DNA from: Nitrososphaerota archaeon
GTDB lineage: Archaea > Thermoproteota > Nitrososphaeria > Nitrososphaerales > UBA57
Direction of reading: 5' to 3'
Assembly (NCBI GenBank): GCA_024860875.1
Contig: JACPSZ010000008.1
Location: forward strand, 84,106-148,105
Length of the DNA: 64,000 bases
Shown here: positions 34,821 to 44,092 of the stretch, piece after piece
Layout of the letters: each line of letters opens with the position of its first letter
Position numbering within the stretch: the stretch's first letter is position 1
The notes under the pieces: model-generated
What the model saw: the letters and a program-made list of their open reading frames with translations, nothing else
Database searches by the model: none
What the model was told of the DNA's origin: nothing
Program-made: the position numbers and the translations under genes

Positions 34821-37451
34821 CTACACTTTCTTTGCTCTTCCCTTGAATAGTGCTATCCCTGCACCGACAACTATTACAGCGACGACGACGCCAATAATAA
34901 CTGTAGTCTCAATGCCCAGTGCCGGTTGTGCTGTTGTTAAGGGTGATTCTGGTGCGTCTGGCCTTGGTGCTCCAGGTTGTTGAATCGGAGGAGATACTAG
35001 GAATGATGTTTGATACACGTCAGGTTTTATCGCCTTTGGACTCACGGCGAAGAGTTTCAGCTGGTATGAACCAGTAGAGAGCTTAGATGTGTCTGTAGTT
35101 GCGAATGCAATGTCGTAAGTTCCAGTAGGTTGTGTCGCCTTTGCTTCACCTTTAAGAACAGTCTTGCCCTGAGGATCAACAATTCTATAAGTGAGTTGTG
35201 CTTCTGCACTTGGTTGCCCTCCTATATCGACATTTATTTTTACTGCTGCTGCTTTACCAGCTTCAATCGTGGAAGGCACCTGTACATTCTTTATCTGAGC
35301 AGTCCTGGCAACTTCAAATTCCTTCCAGAAGCCAAGTGCAGTTGGATATGTAGGGTCTGTATTCCTCCTTACAATTATAGTTCTTGCATCTGGATTGTAT
35401 CCAACCAACCAGAATGGCCCATTACTTATTATTGCATGTCCCTTTTCATTTATCCACTTTATCGCAGCGTCATAGCGCCTTACAGCTTCTTCTCTGGTTA
35501 CAATTCCCTGCAGAGCTGGTGGTACGATACCTTTGTCTCTCATGTCTTGCAAAGCAGCCTTGACAAGGTCAGCGTCATTTTTTATGATCATAGAGAGCCA
35601 TGGCAGCTTTGCTGCAGTGGCCCCGCTTCGTGAAAATGCGGCCTTCTTCTCAACAACAACTTTTTCCGCCGCTGCATCGATTTCCCAAGGAGTACTCGCC
35701 CCCACACCTCCAGAATCTGCTACGTAGTTTTGGTCGAAGTGCCAATAGTCAATATAAACTTCCACCTTATTGTCTCCAGTGAACCTTACTCCTTTGAAGA
35801 GCTTTGCACCCGGCTCAGCCTGAGCAGTGTACTCAGGATCGAAGGTGGGTTCACCGCTCTTGCTCAGACCCCACTGCTGGCCAAAGTATATGCCATACAG
35901 TGAATCAGCTCTGCTCATAGGTATACCATGGTGCCAGTTGAAGAAGTTCATCTCCGATGTAATCTTCGAAGTTGCCTTAATCCCTGACCCTACTGGCTTG
36001 AATGATTGTAAGGCGCGATCCCAATTAAGCGCATCAGCAGGCACATCCAGCATTCCCTTGGGACCAGCAGTCTCTACATTCCTTTTTTCGGCAACTGTGA
36101 TGATTTTGCCTGTTTTGTCAGCTGTGATGATTTCGCCTGTATGCGGGTGAGTCCAGGTACTGGGTTCATTAAGGCCGTTCCAGATCATTTGGGAGTAGGA
36201 GTCCTTTATCCCGGCAATGTTGTTCCACGAGCCCTGATAGATCTGCTTCATCCCGATTTTTACGGAACCACCCTGATTATCGCTCAGTCTTCCATTTACC
36301 AGCGTATATCTGGTCTTGAGACCTGCACCAAAGTCATTTACACCTCCCTTGAAGTTCTTGTTGGCAACATATGGTTCAATCTGGCTTGTCAAGAATACTC
36401 TTACTGATTCTCTGATTCCTTCAAGTGCAACCTTCCTAATGAGCTCATCACGCTCTGCTTTGGAACTGAAGTTTCCCGTAGCTACTCTCTTACTCCACTC
36501 GTCAAGATCAGGATGTTTATAGCTGGCGTATGATTCTTCTCCCCAGCCAGGCATATTGCCAAACCATGGTGCATACATCTGCCCATCTATGATCGTATCA
36601 TATTTCAAAAAGCCTGAGCGCCCCCAACCCTCCGTATACATATGCCATTTTGCCTCCTTCGGATCTGAGCCATAGACAATTTCGAATGCCTTGGTTAAAT
36701 CTCCCAAAACCTTCTCGACAGTAAATCCGGCATTTTCTAGCCCTGAAGTGACTGCTCCTCCTACCGCAAGCCTCCTTGGGTCGTCACTTCGTATGAAGAA
36801 CTTTATTGTTACTGGCTCTCCGCCCACCACCCACTTCCCACCTACCTTCTGAGCACCGGCTTTCGTCATTGCTTCGTTAATCATGGTATAGGCAAGTTCA
36901 GGATTGTATTTTATGCCAAGAGCGTCAACTTCATCCGCGATTACGAGATAATCTGGGTCGTAAATTCCATAGACAGCAACCTGAGCGGCCCCATAACCTC
37001 GCAGAATGTCAGTTACCAAGAACTCCCTGTCTATGAGAAAGTTTAGGGCATACCTAACTTCCCTATTTGAGAAGGGATTGAATTTCTCCGTCGTTACAGG
37101 ATTCAGAACGAGGCTCCACATGCCCCCAGGCGATTCTGTGACTACAACATTGGGATCCTGCTTCATCTGATCAGCAACTTCTAGAGGAATCCTCCAGAAG
37201 TATGCCTGTAGGTTGCCTGCCTGCACCTCTTTTGCAGCTATCTGCTCATCCAAGTAATGGACGAACGTTATCTCGTCGAGGTAGGGGCCCTTTGCCTGCT
37301 GTGCATATATTTGCGATATGTTTGAAAAAACCCCTGACGTTAGGAATACAAAAACCAGTGTTAACCCTACTATCTTACGATAGTTCACGGTTAAGAAAGG
37401 GAGCTTACGCCTTATTATCCTTTTCACTGTCTTTTGCTTTGTTCTACTCAA
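34821..37451 (-). CDS. oppA: ABC transporter substrate-binding protein (family 5, peptide/nickel/oligosaccharide type) with a C-terminal Ig-like domain, Pro-rich linker and TM anchor
   Basis: 876 aa. An N-terminal TM/signal is followed by a large SBP_bac_5-like body. The C-terminus reads ...PPIQQPGAPRPDAPESPLTTAQPALGIETTVIIGVVVAVIVVGAGIALFKGRAKKV. Confidence 0.85.
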   Translation of the reverse strand: MSRTKQKTVKRIIRRKLPFLTVNYRKIVGLTLVFVFLTSGVFSNISQIYAQQAKGPYLDEITFVHYLDEQIAAKEVQAGNLQAYFWRIPLEVADQMKQDPNVVVTESPGGMWSLVLNPVTTEKFNPFSNREVRYALNFLIDREFLVTDILRGYGAAQVAVYGIYDPDYLVIADEVDALGIKYNPELAYTMINEAMTKAGAQKVGGKWVVGGEPVTIKFFIRSDDPRRLAVGGAVTSGLENAGFTVEKVLGDLTKAFEIVYGSDPKEAKWHMYTEGWGRSGFLKYDTIIDGQMYAPWFGNMPGWGEESYASYKHPDLDEWSKRVATGNFSSKAERDELIRKVALEGIRESVRVFLTSQIEPYVANKNFKGGVNDFGAGLKTRYTLVNGRLSDNQGGSVKIGMKQIYQGSWNNIAGIKDSYSQMIWNGLNEPSTWTHPHTGEIITADKTGKIITVAEKRNVETAGPKGMLDVPADALNWDRALQSFKPVGSGIKATSKITSEMNFFNWHHGIPMSRADSLYGIYFGQQWGLSKSGEPTFDPEYTAQAEPGAKLFKGVRFTGDNKVEVYIDYWHFDQNYVADSGGVGASTPWEIDAAAEKVVVEKKAAFSRSGATAAKLPWLSMIIKNDADLVKAALQDMRDKGIVPPALQGIVTREEAVRRYDAAIKWINEKGHAIISNGPFWLVGYNPDARTIIVRRNTDPTYPTALGFWKEFEVARTAQIKNVQVPSTIEAGKAAAVKINVDIGGQPSAEAQLTYRIVDPQGKTVLKGEAKATQPTGTYDIAFATTDTSKLSTGSYQLKLFAVSPKAIKPDVYQTSFLVSPPIQQPGAPRPDAPESPLTTAQPALGIETTVIIGVVVAVIVVGAGIALFKGRAKKV

Positions 37452-38230
37452 GAAAGGTATTTGGTGAAAGGTGCGAATGCCTGCTCATAGCCTGTATCAG
37501 AAAGTGCAGTTCTGTCAATTTTGATAAGATCAGTCCCAAAATAGTATTTTTCAAATTGTTGTTTCCTCCCTATATTTGCCATACCATGCAGTATTAGAGT
37601 GGCATCCAAAATTCCATAGTCAAAATTAGCAGTTCTAAAGAGATCCAATATTGAGGCCTGAAGACTCTGATGCATTTTGCCTCTTGCCCAAGGTCTCTTC
37701 CCCCTGTATATTCGCCTTGGGGGTATTCCCAGAAGGTTCTTTACGACTCCGCTGTAAAATCTTGCTCCATCCTCAACTTTCAGCACGGCAATTGAAACCT
37801 TGAAATCTGATTCAAGTACTATTTTCGGCAGGTACAGATACTCCCAGCGTATCCTGTCCTGCACATGGACCTTCGTAATTGGAGTATCATCAGCGTCAAC
37901 AAACTCTGCCCCTTCTATTTTATCAAATCCAAGAGCGTTTGCAATTGCTCTGGCACCGTCAAGTGCCGTTGAACCTTCTATTATGTTGATTTTCTTTGCA
38001 CCTAATTCCCTGCATATGCTTATCGTTTCTTTCACTATTGCTATGTCCACGGTAAATGGAGGAGGCTTGGGGTAGCCAGTGCTTGCCTTTATCAAGACGC
38101 TTTTGCCTCTAATCTTCGATGAGAAAGATTGGAGGTCTTCTGCAAGCCCTTTGGCTAACTCTTTAATTATTTGGGCAGTTCTTACCGACAAGTGGTTCAA
38201 CACCTGCCAGTGCTCGTTTAATAACCGCAT
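37448..38230 (-). CDS. DUF362-domain protein
   Basis: GKSVLIKASTGYP...TVDIAIVKETISICRELGAKKINIIEGS...ESDFKVSIAVLKVE...VVKNLLG...DATLILHG fits the DUF362 pattern. Its stop overlaps the SBP gene start. Confidence 0.6.
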   Translation of the reverse strand: MRLLNEHWQVLNHLSVRTAQIIKELAKGLAEDLQSFSSKIRGKSVLIKASTGYPKPPPFTVDIAIVKETISICRELGAKKINIIEGSTALDGARAIANALGFDKIEGAEFVDADDTPITKVHVQDRIRWEYLYLPKIVLESDFKVSIAVLKVEDGARFYSGVVKNLLGIPPRRIYRGKRPWARGKMHQSLQASILDLFRTANFDYGILDATLILHGMANIGRKQQFEKYYFGTDLIKIDRTALSDTGYEQAFAPFTKYLS

Positions 38231-38248
38231 CCCTCTTTTGAGCCTGAC

Positions 38249-40033
38249 TTGCTGTATTCTACAGTTGCAGAGACATACGAAGCTCTTGAGATGACGAAGA
38301 AGCGGCTCGAGCTTACAGACATACTAACAAATCTATTCAAGCGGACACCAAAAGGCCTTATCGATAAAGTCGTTTATCTCACGCAGGGCAAGCTGTATCC
38401 AGATTTTATGGGTATAGAGATCGGGATAGCAGAAAAACTAGCGACGCGGGCAATTTCTACAGTCTCTGGAGTTTCTGAAGATGATATTGGGAAGGTGTAC
38501 CAAAAGACTGGAGACCTTGGAGCAGCGGCCATGAAGGTGCTAAAGCAGAAGATCCAGACTACATTGTTTGGAGGGGCTTTGACTGTTGAAAGAGTATTTT
38601 CCACGCTTAAAAAGACTGCAGGTGTCTCTGGTTCTGGTTCCATTGACATCAAACTCGGCTATCTTTCTAACTTGCTGACCGATGCGAGCCCGCTGGAAGC
38701 GAAGTACATTGTAAGGACGGTTACGGGAAACTTGAGATTAGGTATTGCTGATTATACCCTGCTTGATGCTCTGGCAGTAGCATTTGTAGGCGATAAGACC
38801 AGCAGGCCCGAGCTTGAGAGAGCTTACAACCTTTCCAGCGATTTAGGACTAGTTGCAAAAGAAGTTGCTGCAGGAGGATTAAAGCAGATCATAACTTTCA
38901 AGGTTAAAGTCGGCAGCCCGATAAGACCCATGCTTGCAGAGAGAATGGAGTCGGCTAAAGAAATAGTGGATAAACTTGGAGGAAAAGTGGCTGCAGAATA
39001 CAAGCTTGACGGTGAAAGGCTCCAGATTCACGTCTCTACGAAGGAGGTTTCCATCTTTTCAAGACGCTTGGAAAAGATAACCTCTCATTATAGCGATGTT
39101 GCAAGTCTTGTAAAAGAGGATATCAAAGCTAAGAATGCCATCATCGAGGGAGAAGCGGTTGCCATTGATGTTGATACAGGAGATTACCTGCCATTTCAAG
39201 AATTGATGCACAGGAGAAGGAAATATGGAATTGATGAAGCCATAAAGCAATATCCAGTTTCTCTGAACCTGTTCGACGTTCTGTACCTTGACGGGAAAGA
39301 CCTTACTGCATTGCCTTACACGAAGAGGAGAGCAACATTGCAGAAAATACTGCAAGATGGAGATAGGTTGAAACTTGTCCCAGCAATTACTACATCTGAT
39401 CCTGAAGAGATTGAGAAGTTCATGCAGGAAGCGATTTCAAACGGATGCGAGGGTCTTGTCATAAAGGACAGAAATAGCGCATATAGAGCAGGAGCAAGAG
39501 AGTTCCTCTGGGTCAAGCTAAAGAGGGAATACAGGAGCGAACTGACAGATTCTGTTGACCTTGTTGTAGTTGGAGGGTTCCATGGTAGAGGGAGGAGGGC
39601 GGGGAGGTACGGCGCTTTGCTACTTGCTTCCTACGACAAAGAAACTGATGTCTTCAGAACTGTCTGCAAGGTCGGGACGGGATTTACAGACGAAGATTTG
39701 ATGAGGATTTTTGACATGCTTCAGAAGTACAAGGTACAGCATATTCATCCCAGAGTAAATTCGAAGATGGAAGCTGATGTCTGGTTCGTTCCAAATGTAA
39801 TCCTAGAAATAATAGGCTCCGAAATTACTCTAAGCCCTATACACACGGCAAAAATGGATGCCATACGGAAAGGTGCTGGCTTGGCGTTAAGATTTCCAAA
39901 GTTCACTGGCAAGATTAGAGAGGACAAGAGTCCCGAAGACGCTACGACAACGGAAGAACTGCTCGAGATGTATCAAGCGCAATTAAAGAAGATAGAGGCC
40001 GAGCCTGCGCAAGAAGTTATTGGAAAAGAATAG
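38249..40033 (+). CDS. lig: ATP-dependent DNA ligase
   Basis: Adenylation motif I AEYKLDGERLQIH, EGLVIKD, WVKLKREY, DLVVVGGFHGRGRRAGRYGALLLA, and a C-terminal OB domain. Confidence 0.9.
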   Translation: MLYSTVAETYEALEMTKKRLELTDILTNLFKRTPKGLIDKVVYLTQGKLYPDFMGIEIGIAEKLATRAISTVSGVSEDDIGKVYQKTGDLGAAAMKVLKQKIQTTLFGGALTVERVFSTLKKTAGVSGSGSIDIKLGYLSNLLTDASPLEAKYIVRTVTGNLRLGIADYTLLDALAVAFVGDKTSRPELERAYNLSSDLGLVAKEVAAGGLKQIITFKVKVGSPIRPMLAERMESAKEIVDKLGGKVAAEYKLDGERLQIHVSTKEVSIFSRRLEKITSHYSDVASLVKEDIKAKNAIIEGEAVAIDVDTGDYLPFQELMHRRRKYGIDEAIKQYPVSLNLFDVLYLDGKDLTALPYTKRRATLQKILQDGDRLKLVPAITTSDPEEIEKFMQEAISNGCEGLVIKDRNSAYRAGAREFLWVKLKREYRSELTDSVDLVVVGGFHGRGRRAGRYGALLLASYDKETDVFRTVCKVGTGFTDEDLMRIFDMLQKYKVQHIHPRVNSKMEADVWFVPNVILEIIGSEITLSPIHTAKMDAIRKGAGLALRFPKFTGKIREDKSPEDATTTEELLEMYQAQLKKIEAEPAQEVIGKE

Positions 40034-40071
40034 TTTTGAAAATCAATGAAAAATGGCATAATGCAAATCCT

Positions 40072-40200
40072 ATGCCAAAGAACCCTACAATCGAGCAGAG
40101 GATAAAGTGGCATCTGGAGCACGTCAAGAATTGTGGTTGCAGACCGATTCCTGATAAGCTACAGGACGAAATCAAAAAGCGCAATAAAGCTCGCCTCTAA
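40072..40200 (+). CDS. Small conserved-looking protein (42 aa) with a CGC motif
   Basis: Hand translation gives MPKNPTIEQRIKWHLEHVKNCGCRPIPDKLQDEIKKRNKARL*. Coding-like composition. Below the ORF-track cutoff. Confidence 0.4.
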   Translation: MPKNPTIEQRIKWHLEHVKNCGCRPIPDKLQDEIKKRNKARL

Positions 40201-40225
40201 ATACCGCCCATTTTAGCATCCGAAC

Positions 40226-41104
40226 ATGGGAAAGGCTAAGCAGCTCCGCAAACTCGTTGAAAGAAAGGGTTCGATACTTGTACCTGGAGTTTACGATGCG
40301 CTATCGGCAAAGATTGCAGAGAGGGTAGGCTTTGAAGTAATATTCCACACGGGCTATGGCACTGCAGCATCATTGCTCGCTCAGCCCGATGTCGGATTGG
40401 TAAGTTTCGGCGAAATGGTAGGCAGAGTTGCATCCATTTGCAGAGCTGTAAACGAGCCCGTAATATGCGACGCCGATACTGGCTACGGCAACGCTGTCAA
40501 CGTGTACAGAACAGTAAAGGAGTACATCTGGGCAGGTGCTTCGGGAATGATTGTTGAGGATCAAGTTTGGCCCAAAAGATGCGGGCACATGACAGGTAAA
40601 GAAACCATTTCACATGAAGAAAGTTTGGGGAAGATCAGGGCTGCTGTAGATGCCAGAGATGAAGTTGATTCCGATGTGATAATAATTGCGAGGACAGATG
40701 CTATTGCCACGGAAGGGTTGCAGGAGGCTATTGATAGGGCAAAAGAGTTCAAGAAAGCAGGTGCGGATATAATATTCTTAGAAGCTCCAAAGTCGTATGG
40801 GCAGCTTGGCGAAATTTCAAAGCAGATCAATGCTCCGATGCTACTGAACCAGATTGAGAGGGGTGCAACTCCATTAGTGCCTTTTGACAGGGCTGAGCAG
40901 CTTGGCTTCAAGATCGTTCTGTATCCCTTGACATCGCTGTATGCAGCGGTAAAAGGTATCAGGGATTCGTTAGAATATCTGAAGAAAAAGAAGACATCTG
41001 AAGGCTTTCAAAATAACCTGATACAGTTTGGCGACTTCAACAAATTAGTCGGTTATGACGAATTCCACGATCTAGAAATGAAGTACGTGCCAAAGAAGCG
41101 TTGA
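40226..41104 (+). CDS. Isocitrate lyase/PEP mutase superfamily enzyme (2-methylisocitrate lyase / carboxyvinyl-carboxyphosphonate phosphorylmutase-like)
   Basis: ILVPGVYDALSAKIAE, CDADTGYGN, GMIVEDQVWPKRCGHM, IIARTDA and IFLEAP motifs. Confidence 0.8.
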   Translation: MGKAKQLRKLVERKGSILVPGVYDALSAKIAERVGFEVIFHTGYGTAASLLAQPDVGLVSFGEMVGRVASICRAVNEPVICDADTGYGNAVNVYRTVKEYIWAGASGMIVEDQVWPKRCGHMTGKETISHEESLGKIRAAVDARDEVDSDVIIIARTDAIATEGLQEAIDRAKEFKKAGADIIFLEAPKSYGQLGEISKQINAPMLLNQIERGATPLVPFDRAEQLGFKIVLYPLTSLYAAVKGIRDSLEYLKKKKTSEGFQNNLIQFGDFNKLVGYDEFHDLEMKYVPKKR

Positions 41105-41144
41105 AGGTTTATTTCGTGCTCCAACGGACAAAACTAGAGCACGT

Positions 41145-41702
41145 TTGAACAGAAACTTCCTATTTGTAGCCTTAATAGCAGGCTCTGCAGCTGGACTATT
41201 TGGAACTTGGTACTATTTCTTTACGCTTTCTTCCCAAATGCGCAGCTCAATGCCTTCTTCGATGCAGGGCATGATGGACATGATGATGGGAGGCGCAATG
41301 GTTCCTGCTGGGATGCCTTTTGCACCACTTTACACAATAATTCCCCTAGCATTCATTGCCATACTGGTTATTGGGGTTGCGGGTCTTAGTTACTCTATGT
41401 TATTTCCAGAGATCAGGAACGTTCCAAGCAGTATTCAACCCATCGCACAAAAAGAGCAGAAGCTATCGACAATAATGAAGACTCTGAGTGTAGAAGAGCA
41501 GAAGGTCATAGAGGTTATTCTTGTGCACAATGGAAAGTACCTGCAGAAGTACGTTGTAAAAGAGTCGGGCTTGACGAGGTTAAAGGTTCATAGAATACTT
41601 GCAAGGCTTGCAGAGAGAGGCATCGTAAACATAAGGGAGTATGCTAACACAAACGAAGTTTCTATAGCAGAATGGCTGCAAAAAGAAAAAGAGGGCAGCT
41701 AA
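41145..41702 (+). CDS. Membrane-anchored winged-HTH regulator with a Met-rich extracytoplasmic loop
   Basis: TM1 FLFVALIAGSAAGLFGTWYYFF. The loop QMRSSMPSSMQGMMDMMMGGAMVPAGM carries 10 Met in 27 residues. TM2 IIPLAFIAILVIGVAGLSY. The C-terminal MarR/wHTH-like segment is EEQKVIEVILVHNGKYLQKYVVKESGLTRLKVHRILARLAERGIV. Confidence 0.6.
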   Translation: MNRNFLFVALIAGSAAGLFGTWYYFFTLSSQMRSSMPSSMQGMMDMMMGGAMVPAGMPFAPLYTIIPLAFIAILVIGVAGLSYSMLFPEIRNVPSSIQPIAQKEQKLSTIMKTLSVEEQKVIEVILVHNGKYLQKYVVKESGLTRLKVHRILARLAERGIVNIREYANTNEVSIAEWLQKEKEGS

Positions 41703-42208
41703 CCCTCAACTATGATTTTTCCCGTCATGTATGGGTGAGGGTCGCAGTGGTACACATAAGTGCCAGGCTCGGTAAAAGTGTAGCTAAAAGATTCCATGCG
41801 CCCTAATAATTGAGACTCGAACTTTCCTGTTGGTTTCTCATGAGTGCCTGCTTCTACCGTATGCGGGACAGGGTCCATGTTGATCCAAGTCACAGTTGTA
41901 CCCTTCTTTACCGTCAAAATGTCAGGATAGAATGCATAGTTCGTTATGATGACTGTGTTCTGTGTTGCTGATTGTATGCCTGCACCAGGCCCCATCATGC
42001 CAGGACCCATCACGCCCGGTCCCATCATTCCCGAACCCATCATACCACCCATCATCCCTCCCGATCCCATCATACCTCCACCTGGACCCATCATTCCGTA
42101 GTTAGAGTACGAGTATGTCCCAACATAGTAGCCAATTACGAACGCTGCCACAATTCCTATAGCAGCAACGACCCCCAACGCTACAAGTGTATTCTTTTCA
42201 CTTGCCAT
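41699..42208 (-). CDS. Membrane-anchored cupredoxin (type-1 blue copper protein) with a Met/Gly-rich repeat linker
   Basis: N-terminal TM. The linker MMGPGGGMMGSGGMMGGMMGSGMMGPGVMGPGMMGPG carries 13 Met. Cupredoxin ligands appear as VPHTV ... YHCDPHPYMTG (His, Cys, His, Met). Confidence 0.8.
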   Translation of the reverse strand: MASEKNTLVALGVVAAIGIVAAFVIGYYVGTYSYSNYGMMGPGGGMMGSGGMMGGMMGSGMMGPGVMGPGMMGPGAGIQSATQNTVIITNYAFYPDILTVKKGTTVTWINMDPVPHTVEAGTHEKPTGKFESQLLGRMESFSYTFTEPGTYVYHCDPHPYMTGKIIVEG

Positions 42209-42284
42209 TTTTGAATCACGGATAGTTTATGGTATGCTTGTGATAAGAAAGTTTGGTGCAACAAAAGTGATACAGCATTGAAAC

Positions 42285-42737
42285 TTAGCAACAATCTCCG
42301 TTTTTGGCTACCATTAGAATGTTTTCGTGAATGCTGAAGCCCAAGCTCTTGAACATTGACTTTGATGCTGTATTGTCCGAGACTATCAACGCCCTGAACT
42401 TTTTGCCTCCCTTCGCTGAGAGCCTTCTTGTAACCTCTGCAATCAACTTTGAAGCGATTCCATTCCTCTGATGTTTAGGATCAACGGCAATCCTGTAAAT
42501 CCACGCCCTCCAGCCGTCCCACCCTCCAATCACTGTTCCAACGACCTTCTTGTCGATCTCATAAACAAGAAACAAATCCTTGGCGACTTTCTGCTGCTCG
42601 ATGAAGACATCTTTTGTGCTCTCGCTTTTCGCTGCCAAACCTACTTTCTCCCATATTTCTGCAACCTCTTTGTAGTCCTTCATTATGAATTCCCTTATCT
42701 TGGCTCTGCTTAGGAGCTGTTGGGGTCGCTTTGCCAT
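42285..42737 (-). CDS. GNAT-family N-acetyltransferase
   Basis: Acetyl-CoA-binding motif A IAVDPKHQRNGIASKLI. 150 aa. Confidence 0.8.
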   Translation of the reverse strand: MAKRPQQLLSRAKIREFIMKDYKEVAEIWEKVGLAAKSESTKDVFIEQQKVAKDLFLVYEIDKKVVGTVIGGWDGWRAWIYRIAVDPKHQRNGIASKLIAEVTRRLSAKGGKKFRALIVSDNTASKSMFKSLGFSIHENILMVAKNGDCC

Positions 42738-42764
42738 GTTGTTGCCTTTCCAAACTGCTTGCGA

Positions 42765-44054
42765 TTAAGGATTCACTCTAGTCATCGTTCTTGGGAACAG
42801 ACTTGCAGCCCTGATGTGCTTCAAACCGCACAGCCATCTAGCTGTCCTTTCGACACCTATTCCAAACCCTGCATGAGTGGACATGCCGTATTTCCTTAGA
42901 TCGAGGTACCATTGAAACGACTCGGCAGGAAGCTCTTGCTTCTTGACGCGCTCTAACAACATATCATAATCAGAAACTCGTTCCCCGCCAGTTGCAATTT
43001 CACCGTAGCCTTCAGGCGCTATAAGGTCTGCAGACTTTGTAACCTTGTCATTGTCGGGCTTGGTCATATGATAGAATCCTCTAGCGGAGAGAGGATAATC
43101 GGTTATGAAAAACGGTCTGTCAAATGCCTGCGAGACCATCCTTTCGACGTTTGTGGGTATATCTTCGCCCCAAGTAAATCCAATTCCTTTTTTGGATGCC
43201 ATGCCAAGAACTTCGTCGTAGCTTATCCTTGGCAGAGGTTTTTCGGGAACTCTAACATTCCTTCCTAAAGTTGCAAGCTCTTTGGCCCTCTTCTCTACGA
43301 CCCTGCTAACAATAGCATGAACTAACTCCTCCTGAAGTTTCAGGTTATCCTGCTGCTCGACAAACGCCTGCTCAGCCTCTATCATCCAGAACTCTGTAAG
43401 GTGCTTTGAAGTCTTGGATTTTTCAGCCCTGAATGCAGGCTGGAAGATGAAGACCTTCTCGAATGCGAATATTGCCGCTTCTTCATAGAGCTGAGCGCTC
43501 TGGGAAAGGTAAACCTTCTGGCCGAAATAGTCCAGCTCAAAAAGCGTTGAGCCTCCTTCGCATGCAGATTGAACGATTGTAGGTGCGCTAATTAGCGTGA
43601 AACCTCCCTGTACGAAGAAATCGAAAGAAGCATAGATTATTTCAGCTCTAACCTTCATTACTGCAGCAGACTTTCTGCCTCTAATCGAAAGGTGCCTGTT
43701 GTCGTACAAAAACGAGGGAGAAGTTACTGCACTTTTTGTAATTGGCCATTTTTCCGCTTTAGCCAATACTTGGAAGCTCTTGACCTGAATCTCTTTGCCC
43801 CCAGAAGCCCTCGGATCTGTTTTTACTGAACCCTCAACAACAACTGCAGACTCTTTGCTTGCATCGTTAATTGCAGAAATTGATTTGTCGTCTGCGACGC
43901 CCTTCCTTGCAGCAACCTGCATCTCTCCCGTTCCATCCCTAATTATTGCAAACGTTAGACCTCCAATCCTGCTCTTCGACCTTACCCACCCATGAATCCT
44001 CGCAGTTTCGCCATCCTGCAGCTTGAAGACTTGATCTATTGTATGGAGGGACAT
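42765..44054 (-). CDS. asnS: Class IIb aminoacyl-tRNA synthetase, most likely asparagine--tRNA ligase
   Basis: An N-terminal OB fold, motif 2 FRAEKSKTSKHLTEFWMIEAE (the EFWM.E.E form is typical of AsnRS), and motif 3 GFGIGVERTARW. AspRS is not fully excluded. Confidence 0.75.
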   Translation of the reverse strand: MSLHTIDQVFKLQDGETARIHGWVRSKSRIGGLTFAIIRDGTGEMQVAARKGVADDKSISAINDASKESAVVVEGSVKTDPRASGGKEIQVKSFQVLAKAEKWPITKSAVTSPSFLYDNRHLSIRGRKSAAVMKVRAEIIYASFDFFVQGGFTLISAPTIVQSACEGGSTLFELDYFGQKVYLSQSAQLYEEAAIFAFEKVFIFQPAFRAEKSKTSKHLTEFWMIEAEQAFVEQQDNLKLQEELVHAIVSRVVEKRAKELATLGRNVRVPEKPLPRISYDEVLGMASKKGIGFTWGEDIPTNVERMVSQAFDRPFFITDYPLSARGFYHMTKPDNDKVTKSADLIAPEGYGEIATGGERVSDYDMLLERVKKQELPAESFQWYLDLRKYGMSTHAGFGIGVERTARWLCGLKHIRAASLFPRTMTRVNP

Positions 44055-44092
44055 TCTGCAGCCTCAATGATTAGCTAGAATAAATCTTGCAA

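Noticed and set aside
35130-36522. Multiple plus-strand ORFs (60-167 aa) inside the SBP gene
   Set aside because: They are antisense to a long, well-supported family-5 substrate-binding protein gene, with Cys/Tyr/Ser-rich non-protein-like sequences.
41972-42214. His/Thr/Arg-rich 80-aa plus-strand ORF
   Set aside because: It is the mirror image of the ATG/GGN-rich Met/Gly repeat of the cupredoxin gene on the minus strand, so it is an artefact of the repeat.
42765-44054. Alternative call as aspartyl-tRNA synthetase
   Set aside because: Motif 2 reads FRAEKSKTSKHLTEFWMIEAE. The EFWM-x-E-x-E form is characteristic of AsnRS rather than archaeal AspRS. The question should be settled by phylogeny and by checking the genome for a separate aspS and for gatCAB.
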